Source: Monocercomonoides exilis PA203 (Eukaryota > Protista > Preaxostyla). From it: a DNA stretch of 64,000 nt. Below, in pieces: positions 25,707-37,900 of the stretch. Made by a program: the position numbers and the translations under genes. The notes under the pieces were generated by a model. That model had not been told where the DNA came from and ran no database searches. It saw only the letters and a program-made list of their open reading frames with translations. The stretch is from assembly GCA_001643675.2 (NCBI GenBank), contig LSRY02000026.1:558001-622000 (forward strand), in the 5' to 3' direction. Each line of letters starts with the position of its first letter. Position 1 is the stretch's first letter.

Positions 25707-28700
25707 ATGTTTCTGACATTTGTATTTTTACAAGTTGTGCTTTCCATATATTCTGAAAATGTGAAAGAAGTGTTTGTTAAAAGTGGAGGAAACGGAACAA
25801 ATGGAACATCAACTGACCCTGTTGGAACAATTAAAGGAGCATATGATAAGCTTAATGATACAAGTGCAGAACAATTGAACATTACAATTATAAAGCAAGA
25901 AGATGGTCAGCCTGCATTAATTGCAGGAGTGAATGAATTTGATAAAGATAAACCATTAATGATCCAAGGAAAACAAAATGAAAGTGCAAATGGGACTCCT
26001 GAGTTAGTGGAAATAAACTGCACATATCTTACTGAGGGAAATGGTGAAAGTGATACTAACAAGGATCTGTTCACTTGTAAGCAAAATGTGACATTCAAGT
26101 TTCTGAAGTTTATATATCCAATATCACTTGGAAATGCATCTAATGATGGAAGCACATTGGCTATTATTCGATTGGTTGCAAATTCAGGGGGATCAATTTC
26201 AGGGTCATCTGATCATTCATCCATGACAACAGATTCAGATAAACTATCACCTAATCTAACAATTAGCACTTGCCAATTTGTTCGTCCAACAGAAACAGAA
26301 ACAGCCAATATTCATCTGGTGAAAGTGGAAGCAGGTGAATTCAACATGGAGGCAGTATCTTTCAGTGATGATAACAACACTGCTAAGTTTTCAACCACTC
26401 CGTTTTTGTTTGACAAAGCAACAAAAGTGACATTGATTGCATCGACATTGAATAACATAGAGTCGAGTGAAAGTGCAGTGGTGAAGATTGTGGGAAACAA
26501 TAGTGAGAAGATTGAAGTGAATGTCCATGGGTGTACATTTGCCAATTGCATATCAACAGAAAATGGAACTAATGCCACAAGTGGAGCATTGTATGTTGAA
26601 AGTGATCATTCAGAAAGTAAATTTAATATTTCAGAAAGTTCACGATACTCAGGTGCAACAACAACATTTTCTTCGTGTGAATGTGCCAATGGGAAATCAG
26701 GTGGGATATATCTGAAGATGTCAGCAATTTCAAGTGCAGATAATCTGATATGGTCTGAGGAAGATAAATTGACAGTTAGTGGGTGCAAAGCTGGTTCGGA
26801 TAAACAGACATTTTTGTATCTTGATGTGAACAGTGAAAAGTTACAGACGATTGCTACAGAAATGAAAAAGAAATTTGCCAAAAATTATATGAAAGGAACA
26901 AATGACTGGTTTGTTGCAGCTAAGGGAGCTAATGTAAGTGAAGATATTGATTTCACTGCAATATATTTTGATCCACATGAGGCATATGTTAAAAATGAAG
27001 GAGAAGAAGATAGCACAGCAGATGGAACAAAAACAAAACCATTTAAAACAATAAAAGGAGCTTATGAATTATTGGATAAATCAAAAGGTCCAGGAGAATT
27101 TTCTATTAAAATATTAAAAGAAAATGAAAAATCAAACCAAGAAGTACTTAAAGCAGAAGCTGTGACATTCTCAAAAGAGACAGGAATTACGATCGAAGGA
27201 GTGGTAGAAGCAGGGGACACTGGAAATGAAGCTGAGACTAAAGTTGAGATAGATTGTAGCACTGCAGATAAAGCTGATTTATTCACATGTCAAAAGACAG
27301 TGACATTCAAGAATTTGATATTCGACTTCAAATCAACATCTGAACTAGTCGCAAATGAACAGAAAGATAGTTCAAGCACATATGCCTTGATTCATGCTGA
27401 TTCAGAATCAGTTTCTCTAACAATTGACACTTGTGATTTTAAGAAAACAACATCGACCAATACACTTGGGATGCTAACAAACACAGGGGAAGAAGTGAAA
27501 TCTCATCTTGTGAAAGTGAGTGCAGGGACATTGACAATGAACAAGGTCGAATGCACTTCTGAGAACGAAGTGAAATTTTCAGAGACACCATTTTTGGTTG
27601 ATGGAACAACAACAGCAGTGACAGCTGTATCATTGACATCATTGAATCTGAAGAAGATAACATCAAATGGAAGTGCTGTTATAAAAATTGTTGGCAAAAC
27701 AGACACAGCTCTTTCAGTGAATTTGGACACATGCTCATTCACAGAATGCAAATCGGAAGATGCATCAACAGATACATGTGGAGCACTTTATGTGAAGAGC
27801 GAACATGCAGAAAGCACATTCTCCATTGGAAACACTGGGAAAACAACATTTGAAAAATGCACATGTGTAAAAGGGAAAGCAGGAGCAATATATCTGGAGA
27901 TGAAAAATGCAACAAAAGCAGATGAACTGACATGGCCAGAAACAGGAACCAATTTAGTATTCACAGGGTGCAAGGCAGGAGATTCAGATTCAACATCTAA
28001 TGCTGAAAAGAACACAGGATTGTATTTAGATGTGCCAGTCAGCCTTCACAGAGACATTGCAAAAGCGATGAAGAAAAGCTTTGCATCTGGATACAAGAAA
28101 AATGAAAATAAATGCTTTGTTGTTGCAAAAGGAACAGAGGATAGCTCTGAAGTTGATTTCACAGAAGTGTATTTTGATCCGAATACAAATGTGTATGTGA
28201 GTTCATCAGGAAGTGATGATGATACCAAAAATGGATTGAGCTATGACAACCCAAAGAAAAGTCTTGATAAAGCATACAAATTGTTTGGAGTGGGTGTTGG
28301 AGGAGAAAACTTCAAGATCAATATCATCAAAACAGAAAATGCATACCAAGCTGCAGCTGTTACACTTGAGAAATTTTCATTGATAACGATTGTGGGTGTA
28401 TCCAAAGCAAATGGAGAAGAAAAAGAAACAGAAGTGGAGATTGATTGTAATGTTAAATCAGAAAGTCATTTGTTCACATGCAAGAGTGAAGTTGAGTTCA
28501 GAGGAATATCCTTCTTGTTCCCATTGTCATTGGATGAGCCAGAGGAATCAAATACCGATCCACATTCATTGATTGTTGCAGAGGGTGCAGATGCAAAGTT
28601 GAGTATTGTGAACTGCAAATTTGTGAGACCAGAGCCAGATGCACTCAGTAATGTTGGAGAAACAGTTGGTATCCATCTTGTGAAAGTGAAAGAAGGAGAA

Positions 28701-29447
28701 CTTTCAATGAGTGGAGTTGAATGCAAGGGCGATAATGAAGTGAAATTCCTGGAATCATTGTTTGTGATTGATAGTGCTTCTTCAATCAAACTTGATACCG
28801 TTAATATAAGCAAAGTGAGTGTAACAGATGGAGCAGCAATCAACATCCAAGATGCAGCTGAAAAAGCATCGAGTGTTCAAATAGAAGGGTTGAGCATGAA
28901 TGGAGTGAAATCATCGAAGGGATTGTGTGCAGGTGTTATGATCAAGATGGTTGATGACGATTCGACAGTGGAAATGGGAAGAGAAAAGAAATGTTCATTC
29001 AAATCGTGTGAAGCAGCAAGTGGAAAGGCAGGAGCTATTCTCATTGAAGTGAAAGATGCAGTTGAGAATTTGAAACTTCCGGGTGAAGGCAAACTTGAGT
29101 TAGGTGACAACAAAGGGAAAGATTCATCGGTGGCATCACTGTGCATCATTGCTCCAGACTTTGATAAGTTCAGCCAACAGAAAGACGCCTTTGCATTTGC
29201 GAAGGACTACAACGATGGCAACAAAGGATGGATTGTGGGGGCAACAGATGAAGAGGCTGCTCCTGAAGATGTGTATGAGAAATACCTGAAGGAGAAGAAA
29301 GATGAGCCAGAACCAGAAAAGAAGAAGAAGATGAGTGCAGGGACTGTGGTTGCTATTGTTGTTCCTATTGTGGTTGTGGTGGTAGTGGTGGTTGTTGTGA
29401 TTATTGCAATTGTTGTAGTCAGGAAGAGAAGATCTCGGAATAACTGA
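25707..29447 (+). CDS. Type I membrane surface protein (~1246 aa), variant B
   Basis: Same architecture as variant A; ATG 25707 gives MFLTFVFLQVVLSIYS. Confidence 0.9.
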   Translation: MFLTFVFLQVVLSIYSENVKEVFVKSGGNGTNGTSTDPVGTIKGAYDKLNDTSAEQLNITIIKQEDGQPALIAGVNEFDKDKPLMIQGKQNESANGTPELVEINCTYLTEGNGESDTNKDLFTCKQNVTFKFLKFIYPISLGNASNDGSTLAIIRLVANSGGSISGSSDHSSMTTDSDKLSPNLTISTCQFVRPTETETANIHLVKVEAGEFNMEAVSFSDDNNTAKFSTTPFLFDKATKVTLIASTLNNIESSESAVVKIVGNNSEKIEVNVHGCTFANCISTENGTNATSGALYVESDHSESKFNISESSRYSGATTTFSSCECANGKSGGIYLKMSAISSADNLIWSEEDKLTVSGCKAGSDKQTFLYLDVNSEKLQTIATEMKKKFAKNYMKGTNDWFVAAKGANVSEDIDFTAIYFDPHEAYVKNEGEEDSTADGTKTKPFKTIKGAYELLDKSKGPGEFSIKILKENEKSNQEVLKAEAVTFSKETGITIEGVVEAGDTGNEAETKVEIDCSTADKADLFTCQKTVTFKNLIFDFKSTSELVANEQKDSSSTYALIHADSESVSLTIDTCDFKKTTSTNTLGMLTNTGEEVKSHLVKVSAGTLTMNKVECTSENEVKFSETPFLVDGTTTAVTAVSLTSLNLKKITSNGSAVIKIVGKTDTALSVNLDTCSFTECKSEDASTDTCGALYVKSEHAESTFSIGNTGKTTFEKCTCVKGKAGAIYLEMKNATKADELTWPETGTNLVFTGCKAGDSDSTSNAEKNTGLYLDVPVSLHRDIAKAMKKSFASGYKKNENKCFVVAKGTEDSSEVDFTEVYFDPNTNVYVSSSGSDDDTKNGLSYDNPKKSLDKAYKLFGVGVGGENFKINIIKTENAYQAAAVTLEKFSLITIVGVSKANGEEKETEVEIDCNVKSESHLFTCKSEVEFRGISFLFPLSLDEPEESNTDPHSLIVAEGADAKLSIVNCKFVRPEPDALSNVGETVGIHLVKVKEGELSMSGVECKGDNEVKFLESLFVIDSASSIKLDTVNISKVSVTDGAAINIQDAAEKASSVQIEGLSMNGVKSSKGLCAGVMIKMVDDDSTVEMGREKKCSFKSCEAASGKAGAILIEVKDAVENLKLPGEGKLELGDNKGKDSSVASLCIIAPDFDKFSQQKDAFAFAKDYNDGNKGWIVGATDEEAAPEDVYEKYLKEKKDEPEPEKKKKMSAGTVVAIVVPIVVVVVVVVVVIIAIVVVRKRRSRNN

Positions 29448-30199
29448 AAAAAATGGAAGAATGCAGTCATTTGTTGTTGTTGAGACATATTGACAAAGAA
29501 AAGTAATATGCTTATTATTTTTTCTATTTTGATTTTATTCATTAGTAAAACCAGTTAAGCTGATGTTATGTATTTTTTATTTTTATGCTTGTTTGTTGTC
29601 ACTAAATGAGCCATATTAAGTATTTTTTTTGTTTTTTATTTAAATTTTTTAATTTTTATTATTAAGTTTCGTTACACATAATATTTCTATGGTGCAATTT
29701 CATGCACTATTTTCATCACCCAGGCTGTTATTAGGCCATGATAAATATATTAGTTTCAGTTGCCTTTCAATTTTTTTCAAAATAATATTATCATCATCAC
29801 TCATTTGTTATTCACTTTTGCTCCTTTGAAAAAAAATAGTATTTTGATAATCAATTTTTTTTTGTGATTGTTTTAATATAAAGAACGTCAACATTAATAG
29901 ATTTATTTCTTTCAATAAAGAATAATTTTTGAAACACAAATTTTGAAAAAGAATAAGTATTGATATGTAACAACTTATTCAGAAAAAAAATTGTTAGCTT
30001 CAAGTTTTTATTTGTACTTTCTTCATAAAAAGATCCAAAATATTTATTCTTTCAGCATTTTAATAAACATAACTTGTTTGATTTTTTTTGATGGGGTCAT
30101 ATTTTAATAAGTACACTTTTTTTTATTAGTTCCCAAATATTTCGAAATAAAAAATTCCAAAAAAAAATTCAAAAAAATATAAAACTTTTATCTTATCTG

Positions 30200-32370
30200 C
30201 GAATGTTTTTTCTTTCACCTTATCATTTCTTCGTTTCATCAGATGATTCTGTATCAATATCGTTCTTATCTTGAAAAATTTTGAATTTGCTTTTCAGCTT
30301 TTTTGTGAAATTCATTGTTTAATCATTTTCTTCATCAGAAATGTTTTCTTTTTCATATTCCATTTCGCTTTTCTTTCTCAAATAATCATCCCACTGATTC
30401 AGCACATTTTCTTTTGTTATTTCTTCACCGTAGAAGTCAAATCGATTTTTATGAGAAGGAAGAGGATGAGTCGATGAAAGAGGAAGCTTCATCAGAACTG
30501 GCCCAGACAAGTCTTTCAACATTCCTCCACATTTGAAAGCTCTTTTGATGACTGAAGGTGATCGCGATTAATGAATTGAATTCTGGAGAGCTTCCACCAG
30601 AGCTGTTCTCTATGTCGTTGAAGACGATGACGAATGTGCTTCGAACTGAGAACTCATCAAAGACTTTAGAACAACAAATACACCTCGGTCCAGTGGACGG
30701 CAGGTGTGTGTGGTGTGAGGGACAAATGTCAATACATTCATTTTTTCTTTTTCGAACTATTTCCAGATTGATAAATTCGCTCGAGAAACGTGTGAGTCCA
30801 TGAGAAGCAATGCCTTCTTTCTTTGATCGAAGGGAGCTGAATTGTTGGAGCATATTTTCTGAATGTCGAAGATTCCATCCATCCTCATTTGTTCGGTCAA
30901 ATCTCAACATTTGAAGACTGAAGAGGCTTCAATTCATCAGGAAGTTTGAGACTCGGATATAGAATCACTGAAGGAAGTGATTGTCCATCAGCTGGAACCA
31001 CCACAATCAGTGGAGAATTCGCCATTCGCGCAGCAGATTTAGCGTAACCGGGTTTTGTATTTGCCGGATGAACGACATTCCGATTGGAGCTGCCGGGGAC
31101 CCTGAGTGATGACTAGTCCACGTTGAAAATCAGTGCATTGTTGAAATTATTGGTTTGATGAAATCCATTGAACATATCATTCCAGAGCTTTAGTACTTGT
31201 TGGCATGATACGGAAATCATGCTTGCTTCAACAATTTTCGGTTTTGATGTCTTCAGCTCCGGATGTTGTTTGATGAAATCGTAGGCAACTGATGCAGAAA
31301 CTTTAACATCTGGCGTGTTTTCTGGTCTAAATCATTAACAATATTTTCAATCAAATTTATATTTTCTGTCAAAACCGGATATAATTACGTCGAATACGAT
31401 CACATTCGTTTATAATCACATTTTTCCATTCACCAACATTTTTGACCTCAATTTCATTCATTTTCCATTGCATATAATTACAGGGCCATATATAATCACA
31501 TTTTATTTCATTATGTGTGATTTTTTCTATGAAAAATTGAAATTTTTGATCAAAAAATCGATTTTTCGCTTTTGCAAAATCAGGTTAAAAAAAGCCTAAA
31601 TAATGTGTATTAATGATAAAAATTGTTTTTTCAATTGAAAAATGCGTTTTAATGAAGAACTGACAAAAATAATAAAAATGACCCAATATTTTTTTCCTTT
31701 TTTTTATTTTTATTTTTTTCTGTGTATTTTCATATCGAATATAGTCACAAAAAGTTGTGCAAAACCAGATATGATTATATGCGATTTTGAGTGTATTTAA
31801 ACATTTCAAAGAATATTAATGCAAACCAGTTCACGCATTTTCTTGATGGTGAGGCTAGCTCCAGAAAGCGATTCTTTTTCAATTTCGTCCAGCACTGTTT
31901 GCTCTTTTTCACCAATGACCACAGCAGGTCTTCCAATTTTGAAGACTAATCTGCTTTGCAAATCTGCATTCACCACACGCCTGATCCGAATTTTGCTGTT
32001 TTTTTTGCTGTTGTATGCACCTTCCATCTGTGCAGCTCCATCGTTAACTATGAGCGCTATTCGCTCCAGTGGATTCCGAAATTGTCGATATTTGAATGAT
32101 GGCATCGCCTCACGCAGCTTTGGAAAAACCGCAGAAATTTAAATTGAAAGTCCCTTATTCATTTTTCATTTTTTGTGTTACGATCATAAAGCCAATTTAT
32201 TTATTTTATAATAATATATTTCTATTTTCATTGAAATTTTATTCTCTGTGCGTTAAATGCATATTTTTTTAAAATTTAATTCATCAGAACCAACCTGTAA
32301 CTGATAGAATTTCAACGGGAGGCTTTTAACCTCACAATTTCTTCCTCCATAAGAAACAGGTTATGCATTT
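30200..32370 (-). mobile_element. Degenerate pogo/Tigger/Fot1-like (CENP-B HTH + DDE_1) transposase gene with apparent introns
   Basis: GRPAVVIGEKEQTVLDEI..G.SLT..MREL (31830-31930); IFNVD*, PADGQSLP, GWM, LLMDSH, PHTTHTCRPLDRGVF (30670-31330); stops and frameshifts. Confidence 0.8.
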
Positions 32371-32849
32371 AAATGAATTTATTCAGTTGCTGATATTTTT
32401 CTTTAATAACAAAAAACTATTTATTAATCGAAATGCGGGTGGCTAAATAATTGATTTTCAAAAAAAAAAAAAAAAAAAAATTGATCGAATAATTATATGA
32501 CTTCATTTAACTTTCCTTTATTATATTTTTGGTTATTTTCCTTTGACACTTCGTTTTTTAATTTTTGCAATTTAAAAAATTTCGATTAATTAAAGATTTC
32601 ATTATAAAGAAGAAAATTTTCGTTGTTGTTAAAGCAAAAATATGAAAAGTTTCGACAAATAATGGTAATCAAATGAAGAAATTCTTTTATTTTATATGAT
32701 CGTGAATATTATTCAAAAAAACTTGTTTTTGTGTCTATTTATTTCTTTTGCTTCAAATACCATTGTTTTATTTCAAAATATATTGATACACATTACAATC
32801 AGTTTTTCAACTATGTTTCAACCTATTAAAAAATAAAGCAACTCAATAA

Positions 32850-33208
32850 TCACTACAAAATCTTCAATTTATCGAAATTTAGTGAAATGGAAAATATAAT
32901 AAAACGAAGTGTTAAACAATGAAAAATAACCAAAATTATAAAGAAGTTATGTTCAATAACAATAACAATACTTAAAAATCTCAAAACAAAAAGCTCGTGA
33001 AAATACGAGCAAGTCTTTGATCTTAAAAATAAAACAAAAAACACCAGATCTTTTCACTAAAATTGAAAAAATAAAAAATATTTTCGGGAATAGCTTTTAA
33101 TAATATATTTAAAATTTTCAATTATTTATTTTTTTCGAAAAGTGCTCCTGTGAGCCAGAAAATTTAGGTCCCGATTAATTTTTTGGGTACCGATAAATTT
33201 ACTGACCC
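32850..33208. mobile_element. Solo diverged arm of the same long-TIR family as 18878-19787
   Basis: Shared GAGCAAGTCTTTGATC and GAGCCAGAAAATTTAGGT.CCGATTAATTTTTTGGGT; ends TACTGACCC. Confidence 0.8.
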
Positions 33209-33288
33209 TTCTTTCTTTCTCTTTTGCGAAATGTTGAAAACAGAAAAATATCACTTTTTTGTTTCAGAATAAATAACATCAATTTTCC

Positions 33289-34710
33289 TCAAGCATTCAC
33301 AAAATAATCTGAAATGCTCATCGACAAATCACAACCGAAATTTTCTTCAATAAAATAAAATATTTCATGAAAGCTGGTGATGGTATCTTCATATCCTTCT
33401 TCTTCCAGCTTTTCGAATATCTCCATTTTTGTTTTCTTTCTTTTAACTTTCATCGCTTCATTATTGACTTCTTCTTTCAACCGCTTTGAAATGTGCTTAA
33501 AAAATTGCAAGCATTCAACTGTTATTTCGTCATCCACTGTTCGTCGCTGCATCTCCTCCAAAACAGCATCAACTGCTCTGCCTTTCAACAAGTCTTCAAT
33601 TTCCACATTTCTATTTTCTGCTGCACTTCTCAAGGAACAAATGCACCATCTCCGAATTTCTCCATGATTATCCTTTGCTATTCGAAATAACTGAACAATA
33701 CCTCCGATAAGCCCTGAACATTCTTCATTCCACAAATGACAACCGGTAAAGAAAAATTCCAATGTTTTGAGCCATCTCATTATTATGTTTTCTTCTGTTC
33801 TTCCTTTTCTTCTTTCTTTTTCCTCTTCTGTTCTCTTCCAATCCACATATTTTGTAAGTTCTTCCAGTTCTCTTCTTGCTTCTCTAGCAAAGTATAATTC
33901 GTTCACAATAACTTTTTCCAAGCTTTTATCGTTGTAAAATCTTTTTATCAAAAACTGACAAGCAGACTGATACGCAAGTTGAGTGAAGTTGCAATGCTCC
34001 TGATGGTATTGAATGATTTCTTTAATTTTTTCCAAGAAAAGTTTTCGCCCAACATTCTGAAGGAAAAAAATTGAAAAAAACTATTATAGTGAAAGGAAAT
34101 TGAAATGTTCAAACATTTACTGTGCTACTGTTGCTCAAAGCCAACAATGCCACTTCCACTTTCTTTTGCGCTTCTTCCTTTTTCTCCTTGCTCGATGCAA
34201 CATTCAAAAGGCATGGCGCACAGATTGGATACATGTCCGAAGAAAACTGATTGTTAAGCATAAAATAGCATTCGCAAATGTCAACAAAAATTATTTCGTT
34301 TTTATCTTCATCTTTCTTCTCATTTTCATCATAAATAATCTCCTTAAATTTCTCCTCCAATGAAGATTCGTTAAACCCGTTAATCCTAATTCCTTTCAGC
34401 ACCTTGTAATATCCAATGTACTTCAGCAACAAAATGGCATTTTCCAACGATATTTTCTTATCTTCTATCATTTCGTGTATTTTGTTGAACAGTTCGGTTG
34501 TGAAAACATATTCAAATTCTTCTTCATCCATTTCATTAATCATTTCATTCATTTCTTCGATTTTCTGTCTTTGCTCATCCTCATCACAATGTTCAAGTTT
34601 ATCAAATAATTCTTTAATTATGTTGAAAAAAAGATATGCAATCACCAGGAATTCAAGTGCAACAATGTTTGCAAACCATTAAATCTTTTAGTGACACTCG
34701 TTTCCTGCAT
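33289..34710 (-). CDS. Apparently intact lineage-specific helical protein (~430 aa, 3 exons), function unknown
   Basis: ATG 34710 (MQETSVTKRFNE); GTTTG..AG introns near 34676-34613 and 34114-34057 join ORFs 34109..34645 and 33289..34035 in frame. Confidence 0.75.
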
Positions 34711-36499
34711 TTTCAAAAATGCATTGCACCCAGAAAACAACGAATATTCGTCATTCGTATTGAATCCACATTTCATTGGATATAAGAATAAGATGAAAAA
34801 TAAAAACTCAAAATAGTTTTAAAAAATCTGCTTTCACACTGTTTTTTCTTGTCTTGACATTTTCGATTTGTAATTAAAAAGATGAAGAAATGATAATCAA
34901 TTGAAATCTATTGTAATGGATTCAATGATCATCAGATTTGAAAAAACTGGAATATTCCATTCACAGAATGAGAAATCCGTGAATGAACAATATCTGCAGA
35001 ATAAAAAAATAGTTTTGCATGGTCACAGCAGACAATGATGGAGATGCAATGTTATTGAAATTCTTCCTGATGATTATTGGAAATTGGATGGCCAAGGGGA
35101 ATACACCAATTTCATCAATAACACAAAAAGATGTACTGTATGTTATTTATATTGTTCTATATGTTGTGAAGATATTTCCGTCTGTATCCTCTCCAAAGTG
35201 CAGGAATGTGAGTTATTGTTGAAATGGCCAATCTCCGCTTTGTGGAGTAATGCGATGGGAATGGAGCAGATTATTATATAGACATTGGGAATCAAATGAA
35301 GTTACGCAAGATACACGACTTTCTAAAATTTTATTTGGTGCAAAGGATGAAAAGAAGTTTGACTTATTGTTTATTGAATAAAGACAAAATATGATGGGGT
35401 TCAATGAAAAAGAAGGATAAATCAAAATTATATTGTATAAGAGAACATAAGGCAGGGGAAGCAGTCTGGGATATTTTGAATAAGGAAATGGATTGACAAT
35501 ATAAAACGAGGAATATTTATATCGGAAAAAGAAAGAAAGCAATGACAATACTAACCAACAAAGTAATTTCAAAAATTTTATTGAAAATGAATAACGTGTT
35601 TTCAGAGAGATGAAAATGAAGAATTTCTTGTCAACAACAAAATCTATTGATGGATGAAGTGTTGAATATTCAATGAATGAAAGATGAAGTCGATAAAATG
35701 TCCAATGAAAAGGGATGAGAAAAAGTATTTGATGCATTTCTGAAAGACAACCTGAAGATCTTTTAATTTGGAAGCAAAAGGAGAGATTGAAAAAAAAGGT
35801 AGAATTTTAAATCAGGAAAGGTGGCAAATGATGGATGATTGAAGAGATGATTTTCAAAGATTAAAACAATTCGATGAGCCTTCAAAGAGTGGCGGAAGAG
35901 CCAAAGGGAAGCGAGGTTAAGAAATAGCATTTCAATTGAAGAAAGAAGCAAATGTTTTATTGGGTGCAGATTATTTTGTTTCATATTTGAAAAAAATGAA
36001 AGCATAAGATGGATATATCAGTTTTAATTCTTGGGAAATACATAAATCCAAGTTTTTTTTGAACCTAATGCAACAATGAAATAGTTGCTGTTTGCGGAAC
36101 TTCGCAATACAACTGCATTTCCAACAAATCTTTGATGAATAATCTATTGTGAAATTGTTTTTTTTTTTTTTCATGTTGGCTTCTGGAAATATGTGAATGA
36201 TGAGTTTTGTATGGAAAAATTTTTCATTATAGTTAATTTCTTTCAGTCAAACTTCGCAGAATTTATATTCCTAATTTTTTCTTATTTAACATTAAAATAA
36301 TTCTTCAAAACTTTTATTGAACACCCTTTTCTCAGATGCGAATCATTTGAAATAAAAAAACTAAAAAAAGATGTTTTCTTCAAAATATTTTTTTCCTTTC
36401 ATTTTTTGAAATAAAGATTGGAGATAAAACGAAGCCTCAATAAGCGGCCTTTCATGATTTCCTCTGAAAAATTACAAAAAATGAAAAAAGATGATTGAT

Positions 36500-37900
36500 T
36501 TATGTGTACACAAAATAATTCGTGTTACAGACAGATAGTCCAATAACATTATTGGGTGTTAATGTTGGTAGAATTTTTTGAAAGCTTGTGATAACGTCTT
36601 CGTATCCTTCTTCTTCCATGTTTTCAATCATTTTCTTTTTTGTTTCCATTGTTTTCGCTTCCTCTTCTTTATTATCTCTCTTCTCTTTCAATCTTCTTGA
36701 AAGCTCCAAAAAGAATTCCAAGCAACTTCTTGCAATATTTTTGTTCAACGTGGGTTGCAGTATCCCTTCCATCATAAAATTTACTGCTCCTCCATCCACA
36801 AAACCGTTAACACTCACACTTTCAACGTATCCTATTGAATGAAACATGGAAATGCGCCATTCAGTTATAGCTCTTTCATTCTCTTTTGTGTCAAAACACA
36901 TCTTGACAAGACTTTGGATCAATCCAACAAATTCCTCTTTCCACAATCTCAAACTCAGAAAGAACACTTCTATCAAAAAAATCCATTTCATAATGATCTT
37001 TCTTTCTTTCTTTTTTCTCTTCTCAGTCTTTTCTTCTTTTTTGTTTCAATCAATGCATTTCGACAGATCTTCCACTTCTTTTGCAGCTTCTTCAGCAAAA
37101 TGCATCCGATTCACAACAACATCTTCTAAACTTTTTTCTGAATGAAATCGGCTTATCACAATCTCCCAAGCAGATAGGCACCCAAGATGCGTCAAATTAT
37201 GATGATCCCGATGATATCTGATGATCTCTTTGATTTCATTCAGATTTGGTTCACGATCCTCTCTCTTAAAAATTACATATAAAAAAAGCAACAATTTAAC
37301 AATAATGATTCTATTTCAAACTGTGAGCATTTCAACGCGTCTCAAGGTCAGCAAAGCCATTTCAACTTCCTTTTGCGTTTCCTCGTTTTGATCAATTTGC
37401 TTTGCAGCTTTAAGAAGGCACTTCACGCAAACTGACAATAATTCTTTTGAGGTATCATTGTTTAGCAAAAGATGACATTCACAAAGATCAACTTGCAACT
37501 TCTCTTTCTTTCCTTCTGTTTTTCTATTTTCTTCAAGAATGATCTTCTCAAATATTATCTTCAATGAAGAGCTATCGCAACAGCAATTCCAAAATTCTTT
37601 CCACACATTGCAATATCCCATATGCTTCAACATAGGCAACGCATTTATTAAATTCAATTTCTTTTCTTCAATCATTTTGTGAATTTTATTGAACATTTCA
37701 ATTGTACAAATTTCCATGAATTCATTTTTGCTCATTTCGTCAACAATTTCGATCATTTCAACGATTTTCTGTTTCTGCTCATTCTCATTGCAACCTTCAA
37801 GTTCGTAAAGCAATTCTTCAAGCACACATAAAGAATAAAAAGCAGTGCCTTTTTTTATAAACTATTGGAAAAGAACAAACTCTTAAACTTATCAACTTCG
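36500..37900 (-). pseudogene. Helical protein family member with nonsense and frameshift lesions
   Basis: ORFs 37316..37825, 37046..37294 and 36500..36991; the conserved VDW reads ID* here. Confidence 0.8.

Larger units (their letters stand above)
19788..29732. repeat. ~4-kb inverted duplication (arms 19788-23833 and 25665-29732) with a 1.8-kb spacer
   Basis: Two 1257-codon ORFs of identical length and near-identical sequence on opposite strands; homologous but more diverged 3' flanks. Confidence 0.97.

Noticed and set aside
30094-31684. GGGTCAT…ATGACCC as TIRs of the pogo element
   Set aside because: Only ~8 bp match, and the transposase HTH exon lies outside this interval
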